Assembly (NCBI GenBank): GCA_019116245.1
Contig: DXCC01000004.1
Span: 152,950-216,949 of the forward strand
DNA length: 64,000 nucleotides
DNA from: Candidatus Tidjanibacter faecipullorum
GTDB lineage: Bacteria > Bacteroidota > Bacteroidia > Bacteroidales > Rikenellaceae
Direction of reading: 5' to 3'
Every line of letters begins with the position of its first letter. Within the stretch, counting starts at the first letter, position 1. Made by a program: the position numbers and the translations under genes. Shown one piece after another: positions 16,736-26,188 of the stretch. A model generated the notes under the pieces. That model was given only the letters and a program-made list of their open reading frames with translations. It did not search any database and had not been told where the DNA came from.

Positions 16736-16880
16736 GAAAAAGCCACCCCGACCGCAATAGGACAGCGACGAATGCGTTAGTAGGATAACAATCGGACACC
16801 CGCTCCACCCGGAACGGCACGGAAGTTGCAAGCATAACCGAACAGAACTCTCTCTCCCGTAATCAAGATACGTCAGCGCC

Positions 16881-17726
16881 ATGATCACCAAAACACAAAA
16901 GGAATATCTTCTGCCGAAGGCCTACGACGCCGCCATCCGTGCCGGCGCGGCCATTCTGGAAATCTACAACAGCAACGCGCCGAAAGACGTGACCCTCAAG
17001 AGCGACCACTCGCCCCTGACCCAGGCCGACCGCACGGCCCACGCCTCGATCCGCGAATACCTCGGACAGACCCGCATCCCGCTGCTGAGCGAGGAAGGCC
17101 GCGAAATGCTCTATGCCGAACGCAAGGACTGGGACCTGTTCTGGATGGTCGATCCGCTGGACGGCACGGTGGAGTTTCTGAAGGGCAACGGCGAGTTCAC
17201 CGTCAACATTGCCCTGATGGCCGACAACAAACCCGTTTTCGGCGTCATCTACGTGCCCTACAAGGAGGTCATCTACTTCTCGGACGAGGAGCGGGGGGCT
17301 TTCCGGGCCCGCAACATCCTGGCCGACCCGGCCGCCTCGCACACCTACGCCCAGCTCTTCGAGGGCGCCGAGCTCCTGCCGCTGCGGACCACCTGCAACC
17401 AGCCGCTGCGCATCGCCGTGAGCCGGTCGCACCGCAACGAGGAGACCGAACGGCTCGTGGCCAACATCCGCGACCGCTATCCGGATGCGCAGATCATCGA
17501 GCAGGGCAGCTCCTACAAGCTCTGCCTGCTGGCCGAGGGGTCGATCGACTTCTACCCCCGCACCACGGACACCTACGAATGGGACACGGCGGCGGGCGAA
17601 GCCATCCTGCGCAAGGCGGGCGGCATCATCTACCGCGCCGACGACCACACCGACCTGCAGTACAACAAGGAGTCGCTCGTCAACCCCCACTTCATCTGCC
17701 GCAGCAAGGGGTTGCTCGAACGCTGA
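16881..17726 (+). CDS. cysQ: 3'(2'),5'-bisphosphate nucleotidase (inositol monophosphatase family)
   Basis: WMVDPLDGT and WDTAAGEAIL motifs; 281 aa. Confidence 0.8.
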   Translation: MITKTQKEYLLPKAYDAAIRAGAAILEIYNSNAPKDVTLKSDHSPLTQADRTAHASIREYLGQTRIPLLSEEGREMLYAERKDWDLFWMVDPLDGTVEFLKGNGEFTVNIALMADNKPVFGVIYVPYKEVIYFSDEERGAFRARNILADPAASHTYAQLFEGAELLPLRTTCNQPLRIAVSRSHRNEETERLVANIRDRYPDAQIIEQGSSYKLCLLAEGSIDFYPRTTDTYEWDTAAGEAILRKAGGIIYRADDHTDLQYNKESLVNPHFICRSKGLLER

Positions 17727-17744
17727 CCGACGCCCACACATAGC

Positions 17745-17780
17745 GCGAGGGGCTTCCGCCGGTTGGCGGAAGCCCCTCGC
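17745..17780. terminator. Bidirectional hairpin terminator between convergent cysQ and the M24 peptidase
   Basis: Perfect 16-bp stem GCGAGGGGCTTCCGCC-GGTT-GGCGGAAGCCCCTCGC. Confidence 0.65.
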
Positions 17781-17800
17781 TGTTGTCCGGCCGACCGGCC

Positions 17801-18958
17801 TCAGGTCAGCGGCACGATCGCCTCCTCCAGGAGGGTCAGTTTCTCCACCCCCTCGTCCGTAACCAGGTAGGTATTCTCGATGCCGACCGCCCCTACGCCC
17901 GGAATGACAAACTTGGGCTCGAAGGCAAAGGTCATGCCCGGCTGCAGCACATCCTGCGAACGGGGTGTCAGCACCGGCAGTTCGTTGACATCCAGCCCGA
18001 TGCCGTGACCGACGAATTTGGCCTGCAGGCGCGTTCCCATGAAGTTGGCCGCCAGACCCGCTTCCGCCGCCCGATCGAGTGCATCCCGGTAGAGTTGTGC
18101 ACACGAAACGCCGGGCCGGGCCGTGCGCTCCATCCGGGCCGTCACATCGCATGACACCGCATGGGCCCGCAACGCCTCTCCGGGCAACTGTCCCACGGCA
18201 AACACCCGCGTCATGTCGCTCTGATAGGCCGTATAGTTGCCCGCCATATCCACCATCACGGCCATGCCCTCCTCCAGCCGGGTGCCGTTCGCCCCCAGCG
18301 GCAGGCAGGCATCCTGCCCCGCACCGCCGAGCGCAAAATCGAACGGCGACGGCTCCTCGGCATTGGCTCCCGCCAGCAGACTGCCCATGAAGATCTCCAT
18401 ATTGATCCCGTCCGCATGGAAGACGCCGCAGGAACCGTGCAGGCGCATCAGCCGCTCGATCTCGATCTGCAACTCCAGGTCGGTCATCCCCGGCCGGTAA
18501 CAGGAGGGGATCATCCGGTACACCTCCGCCTGGCGGCGGGCCGACAGCCGCATCTGTTCAATCTCCCAGGGGGTCTTGATCATCCGCAGCCGACGCAGCA
18601 GCTGTGAACCGCCCACCGTTTCGGACGCGGCAAAGCTCCGCTGCAGCCGTACATATTCATTATAAGGCAGCGTGCCGTCCTCCAGCATCAGCCGCCGCGG
18701 CAACGGCAGTCCCGCCTGCGCAAAGGCCTCGGGCAGCTGCTCGGGCTTGCGGATCGCCGTTGAGGCAATCCCCGTCTCCGCCGGCCGCTTCAGAAACAAC
18801 CGGGGTGCTCCCTCGGCCGGCAGGTAGAAATAGCCGTTCACCACCCGCCCCGTCAGCCAGTAGAGGTTGCGGTTGGTCGTCACCAGACAGCCGTCCACCC
18901 CCTCCGCCACCATGGCGCGGCGCAGACGGTCCCATTTCAATTCGAGTTCGTTTTCCAT
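17801..18958 (-). CDS. M24-family metallopeptidase (Xaa-Pro aminopeptidase/dipeptidase)
   Basis: Metal-ligand pattern VDMAGNYTAYQSDMTR...HGIGLDVNE...FAFEPK...GIENTYLVT. Trimmed to ATG 18958 (MENELELKW), which sits 34 nt below a promoter box. Confidence 0.8.
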   Translation of the reverse strand: MENELELKWDRLRRAMVAEGVDGCLVTTNRNLYWLTGRVVNGYFYLPAEGAPRLFLKRPAETGIASTAIRKPEQLPEAFAQAGLPLPRRLMLEDGTLPYNEYVRLQRSFAASETVGGSQLLRRLRMIKTPWEIEQMRLSARRQAEVYRMIPSCYRPGMTDLELQIEIERLMRLHGSCGVFHADGINMEIFMGSLLAGANAEEPSPFDFALGGAGQDACLPLGANGTRLEEGMAVMVDMAGNYTAYQSDMTRVFAVGQLPGEALRAHAVSCDVTARMERTARPGVSCAQLYRDALDRAAEAGLAANFMGTRLQAKFVGHGIGLDVNELPVLTPRSQDVLQPGMTFAFEPKFVIPGVGAVGIENTYLVTDEGVEKLTLLEEAIVPLT

Positions 18959-18992
18959 CTTTTTTATGTGCGGCAACCGAAGCCGCTTACCG

Positions 18993-19000
18993 CAAAGATA
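18993..19000 (-). promoter_or_regulatory. Bacteroidota-type -7 promoter box (TAnnTTTG)
   Basis: Exact TATCTTTG on the minus strand, 34 nt upstream of ATG 18958. Confidence 0.55.
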
Positions 19001-19199
19001 GCCATCCTGCATGGTTCCTGCCCCTCTTGCGCCCGAATTTATCCGGACCGCACCCACGCCATTTTCCGGGCGATCAATTCATCAAATCGATCGTACTATT
19101 GTTTTTCCCGGATTTTTTATGCATCTTTAAATCTGTTGTGTTGTGCAAACACGACATCCGTCCATTTACACCATTTAACACCTAAATTATTACTTATCT

Positions 19200-20636
19200 A
19201 TGAAACAGCATGTACGCTTGCTGACCGGCATCCTCTCCCTTGCGATGCTGACTCTCGCCGGATGTACCAATCCGAAAACCGACGATTACATCAACCTCAG
19301 CCGACTGTCCGGTACTTTGGCTGCTTAGGGCGGGACACCGCTGACCGTCCAGATCGAAGCCTCCCAGAGCTGGAGCGCTCAGCCCGACGCCAGCTGGCTG
19401 ACCGCCGACAAGACCGATGAGACGACCCTCACGATTTCCGCAGCCGACAACACCGAACCGAACGAACGCGAAGCCATCGTGACCGTCACGGTCGGCAACG
19501 CAATCGCCTATATCACCATCAACCAGCTGGGCTACGAAGCCAATATTCACTACCGCGAGCTGACCCGCTTCCAGTATGACGCCGCCATCTCGCCGAGCGG
19601 TACCTATGCCGGTGGTTTCATCTACTCGGTGGATGAAATGTCGAACGGTTTCTTCCAGCCGGTCATCATCGAAACGGCTACGGACAACTGGCACTATCTG
19701 GACACCTATTCCCAGAGCCTCTACGACCTGACCACGACCAGCGCCATCACCGATGACGGCAAGCTGTTCATCAACAACAACAATGGCGGCGGCAACGTCA
19801 TCTTCTCGGTATCCGAGGAGCCGATCGTTCCGGACGCCAGCGCAGCCGGATTCACCGCACTGCCTGCCATTACCGCCACGGCAGCCGACTGCACGACGTG
19901 GGTCGGTTATGCACAGGGCAACGACGGCATGTACTATCCGCTCGTTTGGCGTAACGGCGTAGCCGAGAAACTCCCCTGGCCCGAAAAGAACTTCCGCGAC
20001 GAAGCTTTCCTGAACGGCATCATCGCCCGCGGCATTTCCGCCGACGGCTCGGTGATCTACGGTTCGACGTGGGACAACTACGACTTCGGCATGGTCTACT
20101 GGAAAGACGGCGTGGTTAAATACGTCGGTGAGGACGTTCACGAGGTGACCCCCATCACGGTTGAGACCATTGTTGGTCCGGTCGAGACGCACATGGCCAA
20201 CGGTATGACCGCTACGGCCGAGTTGTACAAAGTCAGCCCGAACGGCGAATGGATTGCCGGCACCTATCGGACGGAAGCCGCTACCGGTGACGGTGGTGCA
20301 CCCGTTACTTCCGGCTATACGGCCGCCTTCTACAATACGGTGGAGGAGAAAACCTACCTGATCGAAGGCTTTGCAACGGCCATCGGCGTCACCAACGACG
20401 GCATCGGCTTCGTCAGCACGACCAACATGGCATTGACCACCTGCAACGTCTACGACATCAAGAACGGCATCGACCTGGGCAACATCAACGACTGGGTTCT
20501 CCAGAACTACGGCTACGTGCTGCCGCAGCTGACCTATGCACAGTTTGCTTCCGCCGACGGCCACGTTCTCTTCGGCCGCATCAACTTCGGCGGCGATCAG
20601 TGGCGCAGCTGGTTTCTCTACAGCAACGAGGAATAA
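19200..20636 (+). pseudogene. BACON-domain plus probable beta-propeller lipoprotein gene interrupted by one in-frame TAG (codon 43, 19326-19328)
   Basis: ATG 19200 opens MKQHVRLLTGILSLAMLTLAGC (lipobox), then ...LSGTLAA*GGTPLTVQIEASQSWSAQPDASWLTADKTDETTLTISAADNTEPNEREAIVTVTVGNAIAYITINQ (BACON). The same frame continues into track ORF 19479-20636, which has repeated xxDGxxIxG motifs. No other stop or frameshift. Confidence 0.75.
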
Positions 20637-20655
20637 GGCCCCAACCCTGCAAGAC

Positions 20656-20697
20656 AAGCGGAGCAGATCGGCAACGGTCTGCTCCGCTTTCAATTTT
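20656..20697 (+). terminator. Rho-independent terminator downstream of the BACON/propeller gene
   Basis: 11-bp stem AGCGGAGCAGA/TCTGCTCCGCT followed by TTCAATTTTT. Confidence 0.7.
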
Positions 20698-20754
20698 TGC
20701 CACACTTTCCATCGGCCGGAACGGATTCACACACACTCGTTCGGGAGAAAGTGC

Positions 20755-20762
20755 TAACTTTG
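20755..20762 (+). promoter_or_regulatory. Bacteroidota-type -7 promoter box (TAnnTTTG)
   Basis: Exact TAACTTTG, 40 nt upstream of the CDF transporter ATG. Confidence 0.55.
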
Positions 20763-20802
20763 TCCAATACGCACGACCGACACGGTCCAACGATCCAAAC
20801 AC

Positions 20803-21732
20803 ATGAAGGAACAGCTCCAAGCCCGCGAAAAAGTCTTGATCCGCACCTCCTGGATCAGTACCATCGGAAACACCATTCTCTCGGTGGCCAAAATCGGCAT
20901 CGGCTTTGCAGCCGGCAGCCTCGCCGTACTGGGTGACGGTATCGATTCAGCCACCGACGTGGTGATCTCCATCGTCATGATTCTGGCCGCCCGCATCATC
21001 AGCAAGCCCCCGACCAAGAAGTACCCCTACGGCTACGAAAAAGCCGAAACGATCGCCACGAAAATTCTCTCGCTGGTCATCTTCTATGCCGGCGTACAGA
21101 TGCTCATCTCATCGATCGGCAGCCTGATTTCCCCCGAGCCCAAGGAGATGCCCGCCGCAATTGCCATCTACGTGACGCTCTTCTCGATCGTCGGCAAACT
21201 GCTGCTGGCCCTCTACCAGTACCGAGCCGGCCGCCGTATCGGCAGCTCGCTGCTCACAGCCAATGCGGTCAACATGCGCAACGACGTCATCATCTCCTGC
21301 GGCGTGCTCATCGGACTGGTCTTCACCTTCCTGCTGAAACTGCCGATTCTGGATACCGTCACGGGTCTCATCATCAGCCTCTTCATCATCCGCTCGTCGA
21401 TCCGGATCTTCATGGATTCGAACGTCGAACTGATGGACGGCGTAAAGGATGAATCGATCTACCGCAAGATCTTCGATGCCGTCGAAGCCGTTCCGGGCGC
21501 CCACAATCCCCACCGCGTCCGTTCGCGTCAGATCGGCAACCTCTACATGATCGTGCTGGACATTGAGGTGGACGGTTCGATTACGGTCACGGAGGCCCAT
21601 CGTATTGCCAACGAAGTGGAACACAGCATCAAGGCGAAAATCGACAACATCTATGACATTGTCGTCCATGTCGAGCCCGAAGGCGTATGCCACGATGCCG
21701 AACAGTTCGGCATCGACCGCGGCATGGTCTGA
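20803..21732 (+). CDS. Cation diffusion facilitator (CDF) family divalent-metal efflux transporter
   Basis: 309 aa with six TM segments. Motifs SLAVLGDGIDSATDVV and YGYEKAE, plus a C-terminal cytoplasmic domain. Confidence 0.85.
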   Translation: MKEQLQAREKVLIRTSWISTIGNTILSVAKIGIGFAAGSLAVLGDGIDSATDVVISIVMILAARIISKPPTKKYPYGYEKAETIATKILSLVIFYAGVQMLISSIGSLISPEPKEMPAAIAIYVTLFSIVGKLLLALYQYRAGRRIGSSLLTANAVNMRNDVIISCGVLIGLVFTFLLKLPILDTVTGLIISLFIIRSSIRIFMDSNVELMDGVKDESIYRKIFDAVEAVPGAHNPHRVRSRQIGNLYMIVLDIEVDGSITVTEAHRIANEVEHSIKAKIDNIYDIVVHVEPEGVCHDAEQFGIDRGMV

Positions 21733-21762
21733 TCCGGCACACACGCCACATCGCTCAAGACC

Positions 21763-21803
21763 GAAGGCAGGGAACGTACATCGCTCCCTGCCTTCCGCAT
21801 TTA
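21763..21803. terminator. Hairpin between the convergent CDF gene and the DUF2023 gene
   Basis: 11-bp stem GAAGGCAGGGA/TCCCTGCCTTC. The T-tract is weak (CGCATTTA). Confidence 0.45.
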
Positions 21804-21835
21804 CAGAACTGACGAAAGCGTTGCGCACCGTGAAG

Positions 21836-22201
21836 CTAACTGACCACCCGCACCTTCGCCTTGCGGTCGCAGAAACGGCGGCACTGTTGCCGGATATCGT
21901 ATCCGAGCATCGCCCCCAGCATAAAATCTTCCTCGGGGGTCAGTTTGTTGAGCGGCTTACCGACAAAGACTGCCACCGCATCGAGACAAACCCGCTCGCC
22001 AAAGAATATGTTGACATTGCGGTTGCCGAGTTCCTGTGTCAGATAGGCAATCCCCTGTCGGTCAAGCCTCTCCTTAAGCAGCGCCGCACACGTGGGACAC
22101 ACCGTACACAGAGCCAGACTACGCACGCCTTTCTTGTATTCATAGATAAGGTGCAGCGCCATCTGCATCTTGCCCGCACGGGCATAATCCAGTGCCGTCA
22201 T
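21836..22201 (-). CDS. DUF2023-like protein (flavodoxin-associated)
   Basis: The HLIYEYKKGVRSLALCT motif is typical of the Bacteroidota DUF2023 family. Start is uncertain: ATG at 22201, 22168 or 22162. The ORF-track start at 22234 overlaps fldA. Confidence 0.6.
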   Translation of the reverse strand: MTALDYARAGKMQMALHLIYEYKKGVRSLALCTVCPTCAALLKERLDRQGIAYLTQELGNRNVNIFFGERVCLDAVAVFVGKPLNKLTPEEDFMLGAMLGYDIRQQCRRFCDRKAKVRVVS

Positions 22202-22206
22202 GGCAG

Positions 22207-22698
22207 CTATGCGTTTTGAATAGCCTGCACCCAAGCCTCCATGCGTGCCTCCGTCTTGTCGGGCTCGTCATCGTCGGCCACCAGACCGAGCACCCGATCG
22301 CCGTCGAAGGCCCGCGAATCGGTCACCGCATAGTCGTCCGCAGCCATCTCACCGATGAACACGCAGCCCGTCCCGGACAACTCCTCGTGCAGGATACCCA
22401 GTGCGTCGCAGAACGAATCGGGGAACGAACCGCTGTTGCCGCAGCCGAAGAGGCCGACCCGTTTACCGGTCAGATCCTCCTTCTTGAGCGCTTCCACGAA
22501 TGCGTACCAGTCGTCCTGCAGATCGCCGACGCCCCACGTCGAGGAACCGAGTAGTAGCACGTCGTAAGTCTTTGCCGCATCAGCGGACGCACCGGCCACA
22601 TTATGAATATCGGAAGCGGCCACACCCAGTTTGATTGCAATCTCATTAGCCAGCGACTCGGTATTGCCGGTCGAACTGCCATAAAAAATACCTATCAT
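22207..22698 (-). CDS. fldA: Long-chain flavodoxin
   Basis: MIGIFYGSSTGNTE FMN-binding N-terminus; 163 aa. Confidence 0.9.
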   Translation of the reverse strand: MIGIFYGSSTGNTESLANEIAIKLGVAASDIHNVAGASADAAKTYDVLLLGSSTWGVGDLQDDWYAFVEALKKEDLTGKRVGLFGCGNSGSFPDSFCDALGILHEELSGTGCVFIGEMAADDYAVTDSRAFDGDRVLGLVADDDEPDKTEARMEAWVQAIQNA

Positions 22699-23039
22699 AA
22701 CGAAGTTTTTTTGGAATTATGGAAACTGTGATCTCTTCTTCGCTTCGGGTTCTCCGGGAACCAGCCTTTCTCTACCCGTTTGCGTTGCTGGAACACCTCC
22801 AAAATGCACCAGAACGACGAGAAGGCCATGACGCCCAGCAACACCGACACGATCAGGTCGTCCACACAGAGCGAGGCGACGGCCGTCCCGATGCCGAGCA
22901 GCAGGAAGCCCCACCATACCCGCACGCCAAAGTAGTACTCCCCCTTGACGACGAGCGGATGGAAAATACCGATAATCAAAAATGTGCAGAACCCGATCAC
23001 CAATCCGGCGAGATGATACGTTTCGAACCATGAAAGCAT
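22695..23039 (-). CDS. DUF4491-like small membrane protein
   Basis: LAGLVIGFCTFLIIGIFHPLVVKGEYYFG, with three TM segments. Its stop overlaps the fldA start (ATGA). The start is either ATG 23039 or ATG/GTG 23117/23120; the extension uses AT-rich codons atypical for this genome. Confidence 0.6.
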   Translation of the reverse strand: MLSWFETYHLAGLVIGFCTFLIIGIFHPLVVKGEYYFGVRVWWGFLLLGIGTAVASLCVDDLIVSVLLGVMAFSSFWCILEVFQQRKRVEKGWFPENPKRRRDHSFHNSKKTSL

Positions 23040-23160
23040 ACGTGTCCAAATATTAAATTTACCTCGTTTCTCTCCTGTTTCCAGCCGTCTCGACAGTCCG
23101 TCTAAGGCCTGTCGCATCACGGCTCAGTCGTCCCGCAGAATCTGTGATTTTCTTCTGAAA

Positions 23161-23168
23161 CAAAAGTA
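23161..23168 (-). promoter_or_regulatory. Bacteroidota-type -7 promoter box (TAnnTTTG)
   Basis: Exact TACTTTTG on the minus strand, upstream of the DUF4491-fldA-DUF2023 unit. It is 121 nt from ATG 23039 and about 40 nt from the alternative start near 23120. Confidence 0.45.
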
Positions 23169-23263
23169 CCCTGCGGAACATAAAGTCACAATCCCAAAAT
23201 ATGATGAAAAAAGCGCGCCAGCAGCATGCTCGCTCGCAGAGAATCGGCACGCTGCGGGGCCGA

Positions 23264-24388
23264 TCACATTTTCTCGGTCAGTTTGCGGACAATCTTGAAG
23301 TGATAGAAGAACTCCTTGCCGATGACGCGCAGGACGGTGTAAGTCGGAATCGCCAGCAGCATGCCCAGCACACCGGCAAAGTGACCGGCCATGAGGATGA
23401 CGATGAAGATCTCAAGCGGATGGGCATTCACGCTGTTGGAGTAGAGCAGCGGCTGGAGGACAAAGTTGTCGATCAACTGGGCCATGCCGATCGTTCCGGC
23501 CAGCGAAATGCAGATGAAGAGCAGCATGGTTCCCTCGCCGACAAACGCCACGCTGACCAGCAGGCTGATGCCGAAGCCGAGCCAGGGTCCCACATAGGGA
23601 ATCACGTTCAGGATGCCGACAATCAGCCCGATAAAGATGGCATTCTGGGGCAGATAGCCGCAACAGATCAGCGAAATGGAGACCAGCAGCATCATGATGG
23701 TCGATTCGGCCAGAATACCCAGAAAATAGCGGGACAACAGCGTCGACACCGAACTCAGCGCATGCCGGACATTCTTTTCGTAGCGGGTCGGCGTAACGGC
23801 CAGCATGATCCGCAGGAACATGTCGTCCTCCTTCAGGAAGAAGAAGGTGATGAAGGTGACGGAGAACAGGGCGATCACCGCATTGGCCACACCCGAGACG
23901 AACGACCCGAAGAAACGGTTGAGCAGATCGGCATTGAAGAGCCGGTCCACCTGCTGCCCGATGGCATCGGAGATGGAGAGCGTCGAGGTGGTGAAGGAGA
24001 AGTACTGCTGCAGGAAATGCTGGAATTGCAGCAGCGCATCGTCGAACGAGGAGAGAATGGAGGCGAAATCGACCGACGCCAGTGCGGTCAGCTTATTGAA
24101 GATCAGCGGAATAAACACGGCGAACACCGTCACACCCACGCCCCACAGTACCAGCAGGACAATCAGGGCGGCCAGCCAGTTCGGCACCGAACGGCCGCGG
24201 ATGTGTGCCCGGCGGATCAGCCGGACCAGCGGAGCGCCGATGATGGCCAGCACGGCCGACACGATGATATAGCCGACAATCTCCCGGAAATACCACAACA
24301 GCGCCACGGCGACGAGCGTGGCCACCACACCGACCACATAGCCTGTCGTGCGGTTGCCCGTCTTCTGTTCTCCGCTTTCCTGCGTCAT
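23264..24388 (-). CDS. AI-2E family transporter (PerM-like permease)
   Basis: 374 aa, multi-TM, with C-terminal pattern NVIPYVGPWLG...VLQPLLYSNSVNAHPLEIFIVIL. Confidence 0.8.
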   Translation of the reverse strand: MTQESGEQKTGNRTTGYVVGVVATLVAVALLWYFREIVGYIIVSAVLAIIGAPLVRLIRRAHIRGRSVPNWLAALIVLLVLWGVGVTVFAVFIPLIFNKLTALASVDFASILSSFDDALLQFQHFLQQYFSFTTSTLSISDAIGQQVDRLFNADLLNRFFGSFVSGVANAVIALFSVTFITFFFLKEDDMFLRIMLAVTPTRYEKNVRHALSSVSTLLSRYFLGILAESTIMMLLVSISLICCGYLPQNAIFIGLIVGILNVIPYVGPWLGFGISLLVSVAFVGEGTMLLFICISLAGTIGMAQLIDNFVLQPLLYSNSVNAHPLEIFIVILMAGHFAGVLGMLLAIPTYTVLRVIGKEFFYHFKIVRKLTEKM

Positions 24389-24394
24389 GACGGG

Positions 24395-25063
24395 TTATCG
24401 TTTGAGGCGGGCCAGCGGCGTCTGCCCGCCGACCACCTTGTCGCCCAGCCGCACGAGCACTTCGCTGCCGAGGGGCAGGAAGATGTCGATCCGCGAGCCG
24501 AACTTGATGAAGCCGTATTTCTCGGTCTGCACCGCCTCGTGCCCCACTTCGGCGTAGTTCACGATGCGCCGCGCCACCAGACCGGCGATCTGGCGGAAAA
24601 GGATGTGCTCGTGGCCGGTATCGACCACCGTCGTGGTCCGTTCGTTCTCTTCGGACGATTTGGGATGCCAGGCCACGAAGAAACGCCCCTCGTGCTTGTT
24701 GCGGTAGATGACCCGGCCGCCGACCGGATACCAGTTGGCATGGACGTTGGTCAGCGACATGAAGACCGACACCTGGATGCAGCGGCATTTCAGGTATTCG
24801 CCCTCGTAGACCTCCTCGACGACGACCACCTTGCCGTCGGCGCTGGAGATCACCAGGTCGGGATCGGGCTGCCGCCTGCGGCGCGTGGGCTCGCGGAAAA
24901 AGAGCATCACACAAAGCAACAGCGCCCAGAACACGGCGATAATCACGCCACCCACCCAACCGGGCATACCGAGCCGGAGCTCATAGGACATGGCTGCGGT
25001 CACCAGTACCGCTGCAGCCAGCGTATATAAAATGATCGAACAACCTTCTTTTGCCAGTTTCAT
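24395..25063 (-). CDS. psd: Phosphatidylserine decarboxylase proenzyme
   Basis: 222 aa with an N-terminal TM segment and a GFIKFGSRIDIFLP self-cleavage (G-S) region. Confidence 0.85.
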   Translation of the reverse strand: MKLAKEGCSIILYTLAAAVLVTAAMSYELRLGMPGWVGGVIIAVFWALLLCVMLFFREPTRRRRQPDPDLVISSADGKVVVVEEVYEGEYLKCRCIQVSVFMSLTNVHANWYPVGGRVIYRNKHEGRFFVAWHPKSSEENERTTTVVDTGHEHILFRQIAGLVARRIVNYAEVGHEAVQTEKYGFIKFGSRIDIFLPLGSEVLVRLGDKVVGGQTPLARLKR

Positions 25064-25096
25064 AACCGGAATAGGTATTGCCGCCGCACCGATGCG

Positions 25097-25918
25097 TCAG
25101 CGGACAAAGATAACAAAATAAGCGAAAACAAACGGGACGGAGAAGATGAGCGCATCGAAGCGGTCCATGAAGCCGCCGTGACCGGGAAGAATGGCTCCCG
25201 AATCCTTGACGCCGGCCGACCGTTTGAACATCGACTCGACCAGATCGCCCACTACGCCGCTGGCCACCACCACGAGCGCCAGGCCGCCCCACCACAGCAG
25301 GTTCTCGCCGCGCAGCCAGCCGCACAGCACGCCGAAGGCTACGGCAAAGACCAGTCCGCCGAAGAAACCCTCCCAGGATTTCTTGGGCGAGACGCGCTCG
25401 AACATGTGGTGACGGCCGAGCGTCACGCCGGTCAGGTAGGCAAAAATGTCGTTCACCCACACCGTAAAGATGTAGCACAGCACCAGCCAGGCATCATAAA
25501 CGCCCTCGCTGAAGGCCACGAAACTCATCAGCGCCATGGGCAACGCGGCATAGACGATGCCGCCCACCGCCACCGAAATGTTCAGGAACGGTTCCGGCTG
25601 ACGATGCAGCAGTTCGCGGGCGAAGATCACAAAGACCAGCGGGAAGAAGAGCGACAGCCATTCGATGGCCAACGTTCCCCGGGCCACCAGGAAACTCATC
25701 ACGACGCCGACCGCCCCCACCAGAATGGGATAGATGCGTTCGATCCGGATCTCCTTGCGGGCCGCCATCCGGTAGAATTCCCACATGCTGCCGATGCAGA
25801 TCGTCAGCATCAGGGCCGCAAAGCCGAATTCGGACACAAACACCGCTCCCGTCACGATCAACAGCAGGGCCGCGCCGGTCAGGGTTCTCACCGCCAACTC
25901 TTTGCCAAACTTCGCCAT
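25097..25918 (-). CDS. cdsA: Phosphatidate cytidylyltransferase (CDP-diglyceride synthase)
   Basis: Signature [31 protein letters not shown]. Confidence 0.9.
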   Translation of the reverse strand: MAKFGKELAVRTLTGAALLLIVTGAVFVSEFGFAALMLTICIGSMWEFYRMAARKEIRIERIYPILVGAVGVVMSFLVARGTLAIEWLSLFFPLVFVIFARELLHRQPEPFLNISVAVGGIVYAALPMALMSFVAFSEGVYDAWLVLCYIFTVWVNDIFAYLTGVTLGRHHMFERVSPKKSWEGFFGGLVFAVAFGVLCGWLRGENLLWWGGLALVVVASGVVGDLVESMFKRSAGVKDSGAILPGHGGFMDRFDALIFSVPFVFAYFVIFVR

Positions 25919-25982
25919 AACTCCGTTGTTTGTTTCACAGCACTCACGGGCCGCCGTTCCAGCGACGCTTCCCGTAAACAGA

Positions 25983-25990
25983 CAAAAATA
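25983..25990 (-). promoter_or_regulatory. Bacteroidota-type -7 promoter box (TAnnTTTG)
   Basis: Exact TATTTTTG on the minus strand, 64 nt upstream of the cdsA ATG. Confidence 0.5.
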
Positions 25991-26100
25991 GGCAATAAAA
26001 TCGGAACACCACGCAACTTACTCCAAAAAACGGTCCTCCGCCAACCGCTTCCGCCTGCTTTCCGCATCCCGCTTCACCGCCCGTACCGTCGGACGCCCAC

Positions 26101-26140
26101 ATAAACAAAAGCGTCCGCACCGGAAAGGATGCGGACGCTT
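26101..26140 (-). terminator. Rho-independent terminator downstream of ftsH
   Basis: On the minus strand, an 11-bp stem AAGCGTCCGCA/TGCGGACGCTT followed by TTGTTTAT. Confidence 0.6.
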
Positions 26141-26188
26141 GTCCTGTATCGTGGTTCGGACCGGGATGCTCGCCCAACCCGTCACCGG

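Noticed and set aside
19326-19328. Whether the in-frame TAG (19326) and TAA (45817) indicate stop-codon reassignment or a local suppressor tRNA.
   Set aside because: Ordinary genes in the window terminate with all three stop codons: TAA (dcp, ffh), TAG (lptD, adh, fldA) and TGA (DUF1848, perM). The two tRNAs present have anticodons CUC and UUC (Glu), not CUA or UUA. Single nonsense mutations or sequencing errors are more parsimonious.
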